DNA from: Klebsormidium nitens
Taxonomy: Eukaryota; Plantae; Klebsormidiophyceae
Direction: 5' to 3'
Assembly (NCBI GenBank): GCA_000708835.1
Contig: DF237737.1
Location: 1-34,095, forward strand
Length of the DNA: 34,095 nt
Made by a program: the position numbers and the translations under genes
The notes under the pieces: model-generated
What the model was told of the DNA's origin: nothing
Database searches by the model: none
What the model saw: only the letters and a program-made list of their open reading frames with translations
Shown: in pieces, positions 32,960 through 34,095 of the stretch
Layout of the letters: every line of letters begins with the position of its first letter
Numbering within the stretch: position 1 is the stretch's first letter

Positions 32960-34095
32960 GGAATAAGCGGGTTCCGACTAACCCGATTCTGAATAAGGGG
33001 CCCCGTAGCCGCATGTGCAAGTCGCTTCGCTAATCCACGCGGGCGGAGAAGGATTCAGCCCGATGGGCTCGGAAAACCTGGTTCGGACTTAACCCAAATT
33101 TAAGTTGACGAATTTTTCTCAGAAAATTCTCCGCTGCCAGTCGTATACCTTCTGGCTTAACGAGGTGGACCGAATTTATGAACTCACAAATTTTGTGTTC
33201 CTCCTAACCTCGCGGTAATTTTCCTTAACCCACTCTAACCGCGCAGTTAACCCGGTTAACGGGCGGATTTACACCAAAGCAGGACGTTCCAACTTTGAAG
33301 GCCATACAGTGGTCAAAACCTCTTTTTCTGGTGGCCCGAAGAGAACCAGCTTCGGTTCATTAGCTATGCCCCGTCTTTTTTGTACAATTAGAACTTTACA
33401 GAAGTGCATTTGGACACCTGTAGCTCCAGATATGACCGAATACGTGTTGGCAGGCAATTTTTCCCGGCCGGAGAGCAGAACACGCCCGAGATGCAGATGC
33501 AATAATTTGATCAAAGCATTCGAATCCCATCTTTGAAAGTAAACTCAAAGCATACCTAATGACCTGCTTTCAAGATCGGCTTCGATCAAATCACTGAGAC
33601 CGATCTACAAACATTTTATCGGATTCAGGAACACAGTCGAAACAACTTCATCTTACAAGGAACTTGTTGGGATCAGACACTTTTCATCCCTTGAAGTCAG
33701 CCGCCGATGATCCATCATGTTTGTCCAGTTCGGAACTCTTAGTGTTACGTTTCTATTTCCAACTATTTCGCTGCTCTCCTATACTTCTCTTCTACTCCAA
33801 CGTGGCTTCGTGGGGCTTTCTCTGTCTTTCGCTCCCCGAATCTCTTACCTACGACTTGCCCGATTTCCTGGGGCCTGACGGTCGCGGTCCTCACGATCAT
33901 CTCTGTCCCGATCGTCGGCCCTTCTCTTGCCGCCCCAGCCGAATCCTCTGCCGGAGCCTCCAGATCCGCTCATGTTAAGCGGAGGGAGTTTCGTTAGTCG
34001 GAGCCGCTTCAGGTGTGACGATTCGAGTCTATGAACTCTTCATATCGAACTCGTCCCAGTATATTGTCCGCGCGCGTATGGCGTATCTGCTATCT

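Larger units (their letters stand above)
27704..33266 (-). mobile_element. DIRS-order tyrosine-recombinase retrotransposon (PAT/kangaroo-like), with lesions
   Basis: RT, RNase H and DNA N6-adenine methyltransferase-like domains on the minus strand; tyrosine recombinase on the plus strand; 132-bp direct repeats at the left end; no protease or DDE integrase seen. Right boundary not defined (33266 is a guess). Confidence 0.85.

Noticed and set aside
27860-33148. gtcgtatac at ~27860 and ~33140, and short inverted matches (gcgacttgca, ggccggcgaa), as A repeats or ITRs
   Set aside because: 9-10 bp matches with inconsistent spacing, expected by chance.

Overview
Eukaryotic, intron-rich genomic DNA with GT-AG introns and GC-rich exons, plus two N gaps (1271-1868, 8711-9445). 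The WRC zinc fingers and the plant-type MCM3 point to the green plant lineage; a streptophyte alga such as Klebsormidium is an unverified guess. Contents left to right: (1) an intronless HicB-like antitoxin-fold ORF on the minus strand with no visible HicA partner; (2) a 17-exon MCM3 gene (+, about 866 aa) whose introns hold many decayed copies of its own exon ends and splice sites; (3) a 5-exon gene (+, about 1668 aa) for a low-complexity protein with two WRC zinc fingers; (4) a DIRS/PAT-type tyrosine-recombinase retrotransposon (about 27.7-33.3 kb). The element has ORF1 and RT-RNaseH-methyltransferase on the minus strand and the recombinase on the plus strand, convergent. The recombinase appears split by a spliceosomal intron that contains one of two near-identical 132-bp direct repeats. 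The element carries one nonsense and one frameshift lesion. All exon models were built by hand from splice signals and reading-frame continuity; no database search was run.
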